A stretch of DNA of 64,000 bases from Candidatus Saccharimonadales bacterium (GCA_035534875.1 DATLRB010000013.1:101315-165314), one strand, 5' to 3'; positions 26,190-36,773 are shown, numbered from the stretch's first letter. The notes: generated by a model from the letters alone, not told the origin. Translations and numbers: made by a program.

Positions 26190-28598
26190 TCATGCCCGCT
26201 CCAGCAGGGCAATCGGCGCGCTGTCGAGCAGGACGTCGAGGAGCTGCTCCTCGCCCCCGGTCTCGCGATTCGTGAGCACGTCGCGCCAGCGCCCCTCGGG
26301 AAGTGCGGCCGCAGTGTCCTCCCAGCCGGCCCGGAGCATGAGCGGCCAGCGGAATCCGACCGTCACGGTGACCGGGAGCCCATCTGAGCGCGTTCGGGAG
26401 AAGCAGATGGCGTGAGCCGCGCGTGACCCGGCCACCTCCACGCGCTGGTACCCGGAGTCACTGCCGAAGGCCTCGGGGTGTCTGGAGCGTACGGCGAGCG
26501 CGGTTGCGATGAGCCGTAGCTTAGGGCCACCCTCCTCGAGCCGTGACATGAAATCACCGCCTCCCTCCCCCAGCACGTCGCCAAGCAGGCGACGGCGACG
26601 TTCAAAGTCAACCGGCGTGCGGTTGTCCGGATCGACGAGCCGGAGGTCCCAGAGTTCCGAGCCCTGATAGATGTCAGGAATCCCGGGCACGGTCAGCTTG
26701 ATCAGCGTCTGCGAGAGCGACAGCCACTGCCACTCCGGCGTCATCGCCGCAATCACCGCGCTCATCTCGGTATCGACGTCCGGGTCGGCGACCATGCCTC
26801 GCACATACCGCTCGAGACCCAGCTCATACGGGTGATCAGGTTCGATCCAGTTGGTCTCGCACTTCGCCTCCCGAGCGGCCTTGAGCATGTACGCCCACGC
26901 TCGGTCACCATCCATCGGGTGGGCCGCCACCAGTGTTTGGTAGAGGAGATACTCGGCCTGGCGCGGGAGCGGATGCGAGCCCCGATGGCGCGCACCGATC
27001 GCGTCGAGGCGCGCGACGGCCCGACGCCAGCGTTCCGGCATCTCCGAGAGCATCCCCACCCGCAGGCGCGCATCCTCCGCGCGCTTGGTGTCGTGCGTGG
27101 TTGTGGCCAGCAATGTCAGTGGGTGCTTCCGTGAGGTCTGGGCGCACGCCGCATGAAACCCTTCGAGATCAACCGTTCGGTCAGGGTCCGAACCCACCTC
27201 GTTGAGTGCGACCAGAGGCACGTATCGGTAGAAGGCGGTGTCCTCGACGCCCTTGGCCATCACGGCGCCGGCGACCTGCTGGAAGCGCTCGCGAAGTTCC
27301 CGACGGGCCGGGACGCCATCGCTCGCTCCACGCAGCACCGAAAGAAGGGCCCCCAGTCGCGTCTCGTCGCAGCGACCCGATCGGCGCGCCCGCTCTTCCG
27401 CAATGCCGATCGCCCGCTCGTCATCGGCACTCAACCGGTCGTCTCCCTGCGGATAGGTTCGGTACCGCGGCATGCCTGCCACGAGCTCCGCGAGCTCGCT
27501 GCGGGCACCCGCGATCCCGGACGCTGCCGCGACCCGAGTGAGACGGCCGAGCTCGGCGCTGAGCAGATCCCCGAACACCTGCAGCCGGGCTCGATGCGAG
27601 TGTGTCGCGAAGTCGCCGGCGTCGCCGGTGAACTCGCGGTAGAGGTCGGAGAGCGCCGAGAGGCCCTCGGGGTGGACCAGGAGCGACGTCGCCAGCGCGC
27701 CGAATTCGTACCCCGTCGTTCCGTCGATCGGCCAGTCCTCGGGCAGGCTCTCCTCGGTGGCGAGGATCTTCTCGGCGACCAGCCACGCCCCTGCGGCCTC
27801 GGCACGCAGGCGAACCGCACATGCGGCGGGGTCGCGGAGCCCGTCGATGTGATCCACTCGCAGGCCGTCGACGGTGCCATCGGCCACCAACTCCAGCGCT
27901 CGAGCGAGCACCCTCTCGAACACCGTGCCGGCCTCGACGCACACGCCGGCAAGGGAGGTGACATCGAAGAAACGGCGGTAGTTCAGGTGAGCGGATCCGC
28001 TCCTTGCATCCTCGAGGATGTAGTGCTGGGCGTCGAGCGTCTCGAGAGACACGGGACCAGCGGCGCCGGCCGTACCGGGTGCAAGCGGAAACGCATCGGC
28101 CGCGTAGCGGAGCTCGAACTCGCCGTCAGATCCGCTGACCACCTGCAGCTCGTGATCCGCAAGCAGCTCGGCTCGGGGAGCCCCGAGCACGGGAAGGAGC
28201 AGCCGGCCCTGCAGCGCCGGCGCATCCCAGTCGATATCGAAAAATCCGGCGTACTCGCTGCCCTGCCCTGCGCGGAGGACATCCCACCACCAGGCATTCG
28301 CGCGGTCGGAGATGCACATGTGATTAGGAACCACATCGAGCAGTTGCCCCATCCGCGCGGTGCGCAGAGCCGCGTCGAGCCGGCGAAGGCCGGGGTCGCC
28401 GCCGAGCTCACGGCTCACCCGAGCCGGATCGACGACGTCATAGCCGTGAGGGCTGTGCGCCGCCGCCTGCATGTACGGTGAGCAATAGAGGTGCGAAATC
28501 CCCAACGCTTCGAGATACGGCACGATGGCCGCCGCGGCGTCGAAATCGAACTCCTCGCGCAGCTGCACCCGGTAGGTGGCGCGAGGCTCGGTCCTCAC
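26190..28598 (-). CDS. treY: Malto-oligosyltrehalose synthase
   Basis: N-terminus ATYRVQLREEFDFDAAAAIVPYLEALGISHLYCSPYMQAA, GYDVVDP, DGLRVDHIDGL. Length ~800 aa is typical of TreY. Confidence 0.92.
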   Translation of the reverse strand: MRTEPRATYRVQLREEFDFDAAAAIVPYLEALGISHLYCSPYMQAAAHSPHGYDVVDPARVSRELGGDPGLRRLDAALRTARMGQLLDVVPNHMCISDRANAWWWDVLRAGQGSEYAGFFDIDWDAPALQGRLLLPVLGAPRAELLADHELQVVSGSDGEFELRYAADAFPLAPGTAGAAGPVSLETLDAQHYILEDARSGSAHLNYRRFFDVTSLAGVCVEAGTVFERVLARALELVADGTVDGLRVDHIDGLRDPAACAVRLRAEAAGAWLVAEKILATEESLPEDWPIDGTTGYEFGALATSLLVHPEGLSALSDLYREFTGDAGDFATHSHRARLQVFGDLLSAELGRLTRVAAASGIAGARSELAELVAGMPRYRTYPQGDDRLSADDERAIGIAEERARRSGRCDETRLGALLSVLRGASDGVPARRELRERFQQVAGAVMAKGVEDTAFYRYVPLVALNEVGSDPDRTVDLEGFHAACAQTSRKHPLTLLATTTHDTKRAEDARLRVGMLSEMPERWRRAVARLDAIGARHRGSHPLPRQAEYLLYQTLVAAHPMDGDRAWAYMLKAAREAKCETNWIEPDHPYELGLERYVRGMVADPDVDTEMSAVIAAMTPEWQWLSLSQTLIKLTVPGIPDIYQGSELWDLRLVDPDNRTPVDFERRRRLLGDVLGEGGGDFMSRLEEGGPKLRLIATALAVRSRHPEAFGSDSGYQRVEVAGSRAAHAICFSRTRSDGLPVTVTVGFRWPLMLRAGWEDTAAALPEGRWRDVLTNRETGGEEQLLDVLLDSAPIALLERA

Positions 28599-28631
28599 CG
28601 TCGCCGCGCCCGGACGATCGATTTCTCTACC

Positions 28632-28675
28632 ATCAGCAGCACTATCAGCCTATATGCATGTAACTCTATCAGCCT
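28632..28675. promoter_or_regulatory. Repeated ATCAGC / CTATCAGCCT motif in the treY-glgX divergent intergenic region
   Basis: ATCAGC occurs at 28632, 28644 and 28668. The last two copies are part of an exact 10-nt direct repeat CTATCAGCCT (28642-28651 and 28666-28675, 24 bp apart) flanking the AT-rich ATATGCATGTAACT. Confidence 0.35.
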
Positions 28676-28716
28676 GAGAGCAGGGGAGCCACCAAGGTGC
28701 GCCATCATGAATCGCG

Positions 28717-30906
28717 ATGACCGCTCCTAGACGGCGCACGGCGAGCAGGTCGACCCCCCATCATCAGGCCTGGCCCGGAAGCGAGGCGCCGCTCGGAGCC
28801 AAATGGGACGGCGAGGGCACGAACTTCGCGGTGTACTCGGCGTCGGCGGACTCGGTGGAGGTCGTGCTCTTCTCGGACGATGGCGCCGAGAGTGCCACAT
28901 ACGAACTCCAGGAGCGCACCGATCTCGTCTGGCACGGATACGTCGACCAGGTGCGCCCGGGGCAGCGATACGGCCTGCGCGTCCACGGGCCGTACGACCC
29001 GCGCCGAGGTCTGCGCCAAAATCCGCACAAGCTGCTCCTCGACCCGTATGCGCTGGCGATCTCGGGACGATTCGAGCACGGCCCGGCCCTGTTCGGCTAC
29101 TCGTTCGATGGCGACGATCTCGATCCGAGCGACATCGACTCGGCTGGCGCGATGCCGAAGAGTGTTGTCGTCGACAGGAGCTTCCCGTGGGGCGATGACC
29201 GCCGACCGGATACGGCATGGGCTGACACGGTGATCTACGAGCTCCACGTGAAAGGCTTCACGATGGGCAATCCCGACATCCCGGAGGCGCTTCGCGGGAC
29301 GTACGCGGGGCTGGCCCATCCAAGTTCGCTCGAGTATCTGCAGCAACTCGGAATCACGGCCGTGGAGCTCATGCCCGTACACCACTTCATCGACGCCGGT
29401 CACCTCGTCGAGCGCGGCCTTGTGAATTACTGGGGGTACGACTCGGTCGGGTATTTCTCCCCCGAAAGTCGCTACTCGGCCGGTGGTGGCAACGGCGACC
29501 AGGTCCGCGAGTTCAAGGCAATGGTCCGCGCCCTGCATGCGGCAGGTCTCGAGGTGATCCTGGACGTCGTGTACAACCACACAGGTGAGGGCAATCACCT
29601 GGGCCCGACGCTGAGTTTCCGGGGCATCGACAACCCGTCGTACTACCGGCTCGTCGAGGACGAGCCCCGTTTCTACTTCGACGTGACCGGAACCGGCAAC
29701 AGCCTCAATGTCAGCAGCCCGATCACCCTGCAGCTGATCACCGACAGCCTCCGATACTGGGTGACCGAGATGCACGTCGACGGGTTCAGGTTCGATCTTG
29801 CCGCCGCCCTCGCGCGCCAGTTCTATGACGTCGACAGGCTCTCGGCGTTCTTCGACATCATCCACCAGGACCCTGTGCTTTCTCGCGTCAAGCTCGTCGC
29901 GGAGCCGTGGGACGTGGGTGAGGGCGGCTATCACGTCGGCAACTTCCCGGTGCGATGGGCCGAGTGGAATGGCGCGTACCGAGACACCGTTCGCGATTTC
30001 TGGCGCGGCGAGGCAGGCGGGGTGCGCGACATCGCCAATTGCCTCACGGGATCGAGCAGCCTGTACCAATGGGATGGCCGGCAACCGTGGGCGAGCATCA
30101 ACTTCGCCACTGCGCATGACGGATTCACGCTTCGCGACCTCGTCACCTACAACGACAAGCACAATGAGGCGAACGGCGAAGACAACGAGGATGGTTCCAA
30201 CGACAATCGGTCGTGGAACTGCGGCGCCGAGGGTGAGACCGATGACCCGGCGATCAGCACGCTGCGCGACCGCCAGCGCCGCAATCTGATCGCCACCGTG
30301 CTCCTCTCACAGGGATGCCCGATGATCTGCGGCGGCGACGAGATCGGCCGTTCTCAGCAGGGCAACAACAATGCGTACTGCCAGGATAACGAGCTGTCGT
30401 GGCTCGACTGGGCGAACATCGACCAGGTGATGCTGCAGTTCGTGCAGCGAGTCGTCGCGTTTCGACGCGAACAGCCTGTCCTGCGGCGGAAGCGTTTCTT
30501 CTCCGGCGAGGCGACCAAGCGCTCGGGACGAAAGGACATCATCTGGCTGCTGCCCAACGGTCAGGAATTCACCGATGCGGACTGGGACAACGACGGAGAG
30601 CGTTCCATCGGCATGATCCTCAACGGTGAGGAGATTCCCGACCGGGATCCGCGCGGCCACCGCATCGTCGGTGATTCGCTGATGATCCTGCTGCATAGCG
30701 GCGATGTGCCGATCACCTGGACGATGCCGTCAGGGTGGCGCGGAGGATGGACGATGGTCATGGATACCGATGATCCTGAAGGGCGTCGCGGGTCGAGCGT
30801 TCATCACGCCGGCGACGAGGTGCCACTCCAGCCGCGTTCGCTCCTCGTGCTCAACCATCCCATCGACACGGCGCGCGACCACGCTGCCACGTCTGCGCGA
30901 CTCTGA
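28717..30906 (+). CDS. glgX: Glycogen debranching enzyme (GlgX/TreX type)
   Basis: GAKWDGEGTNFAVYS, ELMPVHHF, VDGFRFDLAAAL, LVAEPWDVG, INFATAHDGFTLRD (GH13 conserved regions). Confidence 0.92.
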   Translation: MTAPRRRTASRSTPHHQAWPGSEAPLGAKWDGEGTNFAVYSASADSVEVVLFSDDGAESATYELQERTDLVWHGYVDQVRPGQRYGLRVHGPYDPRRGLRQNPHKLLLDPYALAISGRFEHGPALFGYSFDGDDLDPSDIDSAGAMPKSVVVDRSFPWGDDRRPDTAWADTVIYELHVKGFTMGNPDIPEALRGTYAGLAHPSSLEYLQQLGITAVELMPVHHFIDAGHLVERGLVNYWGYDSVGYFSPESRYSAGGGNGDQVREFKAMVRALHAAGLEVILDVVYNHTGEGNHLGPTLSFRGIDNPSYYRLVEDEPRFYFDVTGTGNSLNVSSPITLQLITDSLRYWVTEMHVDGFRFDLAAALARQFYDVDRLSAFFDIIHQDPVLSRVKLVAEPWDVGEGGYHVGNFPVRWAEWNGAYRDTVRDFWRGEAGGVRDIANCLTGSSSLYQWDGRQPWASINFATAHDGFTLRDLVTYNDKHNEANGEDNEDGSNDNRSWNCGAEGETDDPAISTLRDRQRRNLIATVLLSQGCPMICGGDEIGRSQQGNNNAYCQDNELSWLDWANIDQVMLQFVQRVVAFRREQPVLRRKRFFSGEATKRSGRKDIIWLLPNGQEFTDADWDNDGERSIGMILNGEEIPDRDPRGHRIVGDSLMILLHSGDVPITWTMPSGWRGGWTMVMDTDDPEGRRGSSVHHAGDEVPLQPRSLLVLNHPIDTARDHAATSARL

Positions 30907-30950
30907 GAGTCGTCGCGCGGCTCGGCGATCGCGTTTGGTCGCGGGCGAGG

Positions 30951-31643
30951 TCACGGCGTCGCTATCATCGAGATGCCGAAGGCTTGGTCGAGCTGGACGG
31001 CTCCGACCGGCGTGATCACGAGACCGCGGCCCGAACGCCGCCGTCGCACCCATCCCCCGCGCACGACGGTATGACAGAGCGCGGCTCCGAGCGCACCGGC
31101 GAGGTGCGGGCGCCGCTCGGTCCAGTCGAGGCAGGGGCGCGCGAAGTTGCGCCGCTGCCGACGCGCCCACGACACGTCGACACCGAGGCCGGCCAGACGC
31201 CGTGCACCGACGCGCGTGAGCAGGTAGTCATCAGCGTTCGCCACGAGCCATTCCCGTTGCAGCAGCGCGGTCAGCATTCCGACACCGAGCTGCCCGGCAA
31301 GATGGTCGTAACACGTGCGCGCGCCACGCAACGCATCCATCCTTCGCGCTGCGCGAAGTGACCGTACCGGGAGGTCGGGGCAGATTCTTGAGAGCGCCTC
31401 CAGAGCGAGCGCAACATCGCCATCCGCGATCCTGTAATCGCGATTGCGCCCGCGCGTGGTCACGACGACCATACCTCCCTCGACGAGTGCGGCAAGGTGT
31501 CCGCTCGCGGTCGACGGCTTGACCGCCGCCGCGGCAGCCAGTCCACCGGCCGAGGCCGTCCCGCCGTCGAGGAGGGCCTCGAGCATGGCAGCGCGTGCTG
31601 GACTGCTCAGCAGCCGTCCGACCACCGCGAAGTCTGTTCCCAT
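30951..31643 (-). CDS. ArsR-type winged-helix transcriptional regulator with C-terminal extension
   Basis: GRLLSSPARAAMLEALLDGGTASAGGLAAAAAVKPSTASGHLAALVEGGMV is the ArsR wHTH. ATG 31643 chosen as start. The upstream part of the 465-aa track ORF is antisense to the divergent EamA gene. Confidence 0.75.
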   Translation of the reverse strand: MGTDFAVVGRLLSSPARAAMLEALLDGGTASAGGLAAAAAVKPSTASGHLAALVEGGMVVVTTRGRNRDYRIADGDVALALEALSRICPDLPVRSLRAARRMDALRGARTCYDHLAGQLGVGMLTALLQREWLVANADDYLLTRVGARRLAGLGVDVSWARRQRRNFARPCLDWTERRPHLAGALGAALCHTVVRGGWVRRRRSGRGLVITPVGAVQLDQAFGISMIATP

Positions 31644-31709
31644 CGTGACCAACGGTACCGCGTCGATGATTCGGTCGGGGCCGAAGTGTTCAGCGGATAG
31701 GCTTGCACA

Positions 31710-32639
31710 ATGACCAGCGAGTTGGCCGCCCGATCGGTACCTTCGGGCGAACGTCGCCTGGCTCTCGCGGCTGCACTGGCGACGGTGGTCCTCTGGGCAT
31801 CCGCCTTTGTGGGGATCCGCGCCGCCGGCCGTGGCCTGGCTCCCGGGCCGCTCGCCCTGGCACGTCTCGTGGTCGGCACCGTCGCGCTCGGCGTGCTCCT
31901 GCTGTTCCGCAGGCAGCGGTTGGTGCGACGCGCAGACATTCCCGGCTTGATCGTCTGCGGGGTCCTGTGGTTTGGCGCCTACAACCTGCTGCTCAACCAG
32001 GCGGAGCGAACTGTCGACTCGGGCACCGCGGCGATGCTGGTGAACACCGGCCCCATCTTCATCGCGATTCTCAGCGGGCTCTTCCTTCACGAAGGGTTTC
32101 CGCGCCGTCTGGTCCTCGGTTGCATCATCGGGCTCGGCGGCGCCGTGACAGTCGGGTACGCTACATCGACGCACGGGTTCCAGGCGGGATTGGGTGCCGT
32201 ACTGTGCATCCTGGCCGCAGCGGTCTATGCGGGCGGGGTCACCGCAGAGAAGCCGCTGCTGAGCCACAACTCCGCCCTGTCGGTCACCTGGCTCGCATGC
32301 GCCATCGGCATGATCGTCTGCCTGCCGTTCGCCCCGCAGCTCGCCCACGACCTGGGCCGGGCAGACGCCGGTTCGCTGGCGTGGGCGGTGTACCTGGGGA
32401 TCTTTCCCACCGCCATGGGCTTCAGCTTCTGGGCGTACGCGCTTGCCCGCACCAGTGGCGGGCGAATGGGGGCGATGGGCTACCTGGTTACGCCGGTGGC
32501 GATCCTCCTGGGCTGGCTGCTCCTCGGCGACGTGCCCCCAGGACTGGCGCTATTCGGAGGCCTCCTCTGCCTTGTGGGTGTCGCGGTGGCCCGCGGGACG
32601 GGCGTCCGCCGGAGCATTCGCCGGAGGATCACCACGTAG
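31710..32639 (+). CDS. EamA/DMT family transporter
   Basis: Ten-helix Gly/Ala/Leu-rich sequence with two EamA repeats. Divergent from the ArsR-type regulator. Confidence 0.85.
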   Translation: MTSELAARSVPSGERRLALAAALATVVLWASAFVGIRAAGRGLAPGPLALARLVVGTVALGVLLLFRRQRLVRRADIPGLIVCGVLWFGAYNLLLNQAERTVDSGTAAMLVNTGPIFIAILSGLFLHEGFPRRLVLGCIIGLGGAVTVGYATSTHGFQAGLGAVLCILAAAVYAGGVTAEKPLLSHNSALSVTWLACAIGMIVCLPFAPQLAHDLGRADAGSLAWAVYLGIFPTAMGFSFWAYALARTSGGRMGAMGYLVTPVAILLGWLLLGDVPPGLALFGGLLCLVGVAVARGTGVRRSIRRRITT

Positions 32640-32894
32640 CGACCGCTCCGATCGGGTCACGCCGGACGTCCACCGTCTGGACGCGCCGGCCGAGGGTAGC
32701 TGGCAGGACGTCGCCGACCGCCTCGGGATGTCACGTCAGTCCGTGTGGACCCGCTATGCCGCCGAGGATCACAACCCGCCCGGCCGACGTGCGGCCGGCG
32801 TCCGCGTGCACGGAGCGCCGCGCGCACCTTCTCGAATTGCGCCGCCGACAAGGCGGGACCACCCGTCAATGATCGGGAGACCCCACTTGAGGCA

Positions 32895-35800
32895 CTAGCC
32901 GCCGCTATCCCGGACGCGTCGCGGGCGCGGGCTGGCGACGACGTCGAACACGTCCCACATCGCCGCGTACCGCCCATGCATCGCGACGAGCTCATCGTGG
33001 GTCCCGGCCTCGACCACCCGGCCACCGTGCAACACGATGATCCGGTCCGCGGCCCGGGCGGTCTGGAGCCGGTGGGCGATCACCACCGTGGTGCGGCCGT
33101 GGGACACCTCCTGCATGGCTGCGGCGACGCGCGCCTCAGTCACGAGGTCGAGGTTCGATGTGGCCTCGTCGAGAAGGAGCAGCACCGGGTCGACCAGCTC
33201 GGCGCGGGCCAGGGCAATGAGCTGGCGCTGACCTGACGAGAGCGACCGCCCGCGTTCGGTCAGCTCGTGGTGGTACCCACCGGAGAGGCGGGCGATGAAG
33301 TCGTGCGCGCCGACGGCGCGCGCCGCAGCCTCCACCTGGGCGGCAGCGGCGTCGGGCCGGCCGTACGCGATGTTGTCCCGGACCGTGCCCGAGAACAGAA
33401 ACGCCTCTTGAGGGACGTACCCGAGCTGGAGACGGAGGTCGTGGAGATCGAGGGCGCGGAGGTCGTGCCCATCGACCACGACGCTCCCCTCGTCGGGATC
33501 GTAGAAGCGCGCCAGCAGCTTCATCACCGTCGACTTGCCGGCTCCGGTCTCGCCCACCAGGGCGACGGTCTCCCCCGCCGCGATCCGCAGATCGATGCCC
33601 CGCAAGGCCTCGGGCGGCCTGCGCCAGGTCGCGTCCCGCGACTGGAGCAGCCGCGGATCCTGAGGTCCGCGCCGGTCGACTGGACGTGCCCCCTCGAACC
33701 CCGGCCGGCTGACCGGAAGCGGATACGAGAAGCGGACGTGGTTGAGCGCGAGGTCCCCGTGCAGCCGGCCGCTCTCCACGGGTATCCCAGGGTTCGGCGT
33801 CAGCGACTCGAGCTGCATCAGCTCGGCGATGCGCCCCACGGAGACGCGCGTCTGCTGCCAGGCGTCGAAGACCTGGGACAGCTGCTGGATCGGTGAGAAG
33901 AACAGGTCGATGTAGAGGAGGAACGCGATCAGCGCTCCCGAGGTGAGATGCCCGGTCTGGATGAGCCGCGCACCGACGCCGAGCACGATCGCATCGGCGA
34001 CCGCCGCCATGAACTGCACGAACGGGAAGTACGTCGCGACCAGACGTTGCGCGGCGACGCGCGTGTCGAGGTACGAACGCCCGAGCCGGTGAAACTGCGC
34101 CATCGCGGCACCCTCGTGCACGAACGCCTGTGACTCGCGGACACCGGACAAGCTCTCCTGGAAATCGGCGTTGACGATCGCGATGCGCTCGCGCGACACG
34201 CTGTACAGTCGCGCCGCCCTGCGCCGGAAGATCACCGTCGCGACGGCGAGCGGCACCGCCACGGAGAGCGTGCACAGGCCGAGCTCGGCATTGATGACCA
34301 CCAGGGCCACGCCGACCCCGACAAAGGTGACGATGGAGACCAGCGCCGAGAGCAGGCCGTTCTCGATCAGCGACTCGAACTGGTCGACGTCGGTCGTCAT
34401 GCGGGTCATGATTCGGCCGGCCATCTCGCGCTCGAAGTAATCGAGGGAGAGCCGCTGCAGCTGCGCCCAGATGCGGATGCGCAGCGAGAGCATGATGCGT
34501 TGTGCGGTCCGGCCCGTGACGAACGTCTCGCCGATCTCGTCGACGAGATCGATGAGCGTGACCACGAGGAAAACGCCCGCGGCCGCGAAGAGGACGATGG
34601 ACGACCCCTTGGCCACGCCGTTGTCGAGCCCTGTTTTCACCAGCACGGGACCGGCCAGGGTCATCAATCCGTCGATGACCACGAAGACGAGTCCGAGGAG
34701 CAACGGCCGGCGAAACTCGCGCAGCAGGCGCAGCAGGCCGAAGTTCCTGTCCGGACGCGATTCGCGCTCGAGGTCCACGGCGGGGACGTCGCGCACCGGC
34801 CGCAGGCGCGCCACCCGCGCGAGTAGCTCGGGTGTCGGCGCGAGGTTGAGCCGCCATCCCGAGCCGCCTCCTCCGAGTCCGGGGCCCAGCGTGGCCGCGC
34901 CGATGGTGCGGGCGGCGGCGCGCGCTCCCGACCGCTGCCAGTCGCCCGCCCACGCCGTGGCCGTGACGCCGTCGGCCCCAGCGCGCGAGACGACGGTCGA
35001 GAGGGCTTCGATGGAGTCGACGACCGCGGCTGCGTCGAGCTCTTCGAGGCCCGACACGAGCGTTCTGTAGAGCGCGCTCCGAGCGATGAGCTCGTGGTGC
35101 GTGCCCTGTTCGGCGACGACGCCGCCATCGATCACCACGATCCGGTCGGCGAGGTGCAGCGTCGATTGCCGGTGCGCGATGAGCAACGTGGTACGACCCG
35201 ACATGATCCCTCGGAGTGCGTCATGCACCTCCGCCTCGACCCTGGCGTCGATCGCGCTGGTGGCGTCGTCCAGGATGAGGATGCGCGGGTCGTAGAGGAT
35301 CGCGCGCGCGAGGGCGATTCGCTGACGCTGACCGCCGGACAGGGTCAGGCCGCGCTCGCCGATCGCGGTGTCGTACCCGCGCGGGAGCTCCTCGATGAAC
35401 TCGTGCGCCTGGGCTGCGCGGGCGGCGGCCTTGATCTGCTCGTCGGTCGCCTCGGGACGTCCGTATGCGATGTTGGCGCGGACCGAGTCGGAGAACAGAA
35501 AGCTCTCCTCGAAGACGACACCCACCTGTTGGCGAAGCGAATGCAACTTGACGTCACGCACGTCGCGCCCGTCGACAAGGACCGTCCCCTCGGCTGGGTC
35601 GTAGAAGCGCGGAACGAGCATCGCCAGCGTCGACTTGCCGCTCCCACTCGGACCGACGATGGCGACACGCTCACCGGGCACGATGTGCAGGTCGACGCCG
35701 CGGAGCACAGGTTCGCTGTCGGCGTACTCAAAGTGGACGTTCGTGAACTGGATGTCGCCGCGAAGTTCGGAGAGTTCCACGGCCCCCGGTCGATCGGAGA

Positions 35801-36770
35801 TAGCCGCGGGCAGGTCGAGCAGCTGGAAGATGCGCTCCAGTCCGGCTCTCGCCTGCTGGCCGATCGTCAGCACGCCGGCGAGCTGGCGGGCCGGGGCCAT
35901 CAGCTGGGTCACGTAGGTCGAGAATGCGAGGAATGTCCCGAGGGTGATCTGGTGGCGGAGCGCGAGCCACCCACCGAGCGCGAGGACGGCCACCTGCGCG
36001 AACAACGGGATGGCCTCGAGGAGTGGCTGGTATCGCGACTGCAGCCGCACCGCGCGCATCTGTGACCCGTACACAGCCTTGGCGGCGTCGGCCACTCGTT
36101 CGACCTCGCGCTGCTCCTGGCCGAACGCCTTGACGACCCGAACGCCGTTCAGGTCCTCGTCGACGATCTGGACCAGATCTCCCTCGCGCTGCTGTCCGTC
36201 CCATGTGGCGGGGAAGACGCGCCACCGCATGCGGTAGGACACGATCAGCAGGCTGGGCGCCACCACCAGAGCCACCAGGGCCAGGAGCGGCGAGAGGTAC
36301 ACCATGACGCCGAGCGAGAGCAGAAGCAGCAGGATGTTGCTGCTCATGATCGGAAAGAAGCTCAGGAGCCCCTGGACCAGCGTCGAGTCGGAGTTGGCGC
36401 GGGCGACCAGCTGGCCGGTCGGCATCCGGCCGAGGTTGTCGAAGTCCAGGGCCTGGAGGTGGTCGTGCATGGCGTTGCGCAGGTCGTACTGGACTTCGAG
36501 CGCCACCCGGCCACCCCGGTATCGGCGGATGTACGCGAAGACGAAGCTGGCAGCCGCGAGCCCGACCAGCAGGAGCAGCCACGGCCACAGCGCCGACCTG
36601 CTGGTGAGGATGACGCCGTCAACGATCTGGCGAGCGACCAGCGGGACCGCCGTCTGACAGACGCTGCCGAGCACCGCCGCCCCCACCGACAGCACGACGT
36701 CGCGCCGGTGCCGGAGCATGTAGCCCCAGAGGCGCCGGATCCAACCGGGCTTGACAGGAGCTTGGCTCAA
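32895..36770 (-). CDS. Fused ABC exporter (TMD-NBD-TMD-NBD in one 1291-aa polypeptide)
   Basis: Two type-I exporter membrane domains and two NBDs: Walker A GPSGSGKST and GETGAGKST; signatures LSGGQRQRIALARA and LSSGQRQLIALARA. The halves are joined by a Gly/Ala-rich linker (GPGLGGGGSGW). TTG start at 36770. Confidence 0.9.
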   Translation of the reverse strand: MSQAPVKPGWIRRLWGYMLRHRRDVVLSVGAAVLGSVCQTAVPLVARQIVDGVILTSRSALWPWLLLLVGLAAASFVFAYIRRYRGGRVALEVQYDLRNAMHDHLQALDFDNLGRMPTGQLVARANSDSTLVQGLLSFFPIMSSNILLLLLSLGVMVYLSPLLALVALVVAPSLLIVSYRMRWRVFPATWDGQQREGDLVQIVDEDLNGVRVVKAFGQEQREVERVADAAKAVYGSQMRAVRLQSRYQPLLEAIPLFAQVAVLALGGWLALRHQITLGTFLAFSTYVTQLMAPARQLAGVLTIGQQARAGLERIFQLLDLPAAISDRPGAVELSELRGDIQFTNVHFEYADSEPVLRGVDLHIVPGERVAIVGPSGSGKSTLAMLVPRFYDPAEGTVLVDGRDVRDVKLHSLRQQVGVVFEESFLFSDSVRANIAYGRPEATDEQIKAAARAAQAHEFIEELPRGYDTAIGERGLTLSGGQRQRIALARAILYDPRILILDDATSAIDARVEAEVHDALRGIMSGRTTLLIAHRQSTLHLADRIVVIDGGVVAEQGTHHELIARSALYRTLVSGLEELDAAAVVDSIEALSTVVSRAGADGVTATAWAGDWQRSGARAAARTIGAATLGPGLGGGGSGWRLNLAPTPELLARVARLRPVRDVPAVDLERESRPDRNFGLLRLLREFRRPLLLGLVFVVIDGLMTLAGPVLVKTGLDNGVAKGSSIVLFAAAGVFLVVTLIDLVDEIGETFVTGRTAQRIMLSLRIRIWAQLQRLSLDYFEREMAGRIMTRMTTDVDQFESLIENGLLSALVSIVTFVGVGVALVVINAELGLCTLSVAVPLAVATVIFRRRAARLYSVSRERIAIVNADFQESLSGVRESQAFVHEGAAMAQFHRLGRSYLDTRVAAQRLVATYFPFVQFMAAVADAIVLGVGARLIQTGHLTSGALIAFLLYIDLFFSPIQQLSQVFDAWQQTRVSVGRIAELMQLESLTPNPGIPVESGRLHGDLALNHVRFSYPLPVSRPGFEGARPVDRRGPQDPRLLQSRDATWRRPPEALRGIDLRIAAGETVALVGETGAGKSTVMKLLARFYDPDEGSVVVDGHDLRALDLHDLRLQLGYVPQEAFLFSGTVRDNIAYGRPDAAAAQVEAAARAVGAHDFIARLSGGYHHELTERGRSLSSGQRQLIALARAELVDPVLLLLDEATSNLDLVTEARVAAAMQEVSHGRTTVVIAHRLQTARAADRIIVLHGGRVVEAGTHDELVAMHGRYAAMWDVFDVVASPRPRRVRDSGG

Positions 36771-36773
36771 CCG

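Noticed and set aside
30951-32348. 465-aa track ORF extending the ArsR-type regulator far upstream. The 504-aa (7783..9297), 488-aa (9520..10986), 601-aa (10725..12530) and 871-aa (15934..18549) track ORFs behave the same way.
   Set aside because: The N-terminal extensions are Arg/Pro-rich and overlap well-supported neighbouring genes. They are replaced by internal starts that give family-typical N-termini, often with 4-nt start/stop coupling.
32657-32898. Plus-strand frame reading ...EGSWQDVADRLGMSRQSVWTRYAAED, which looks like a helix-turn-helix segment.
   Set aside because: Only about 25 residues look protein-like and the remainder of the frame is low-quality Arg/Pro sequence. There is no RBS or clear start, and the region is the convergent gap or overlap with the ABC exporter 3' end. 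At most it is a gene fossil, which is not enough to annotate.
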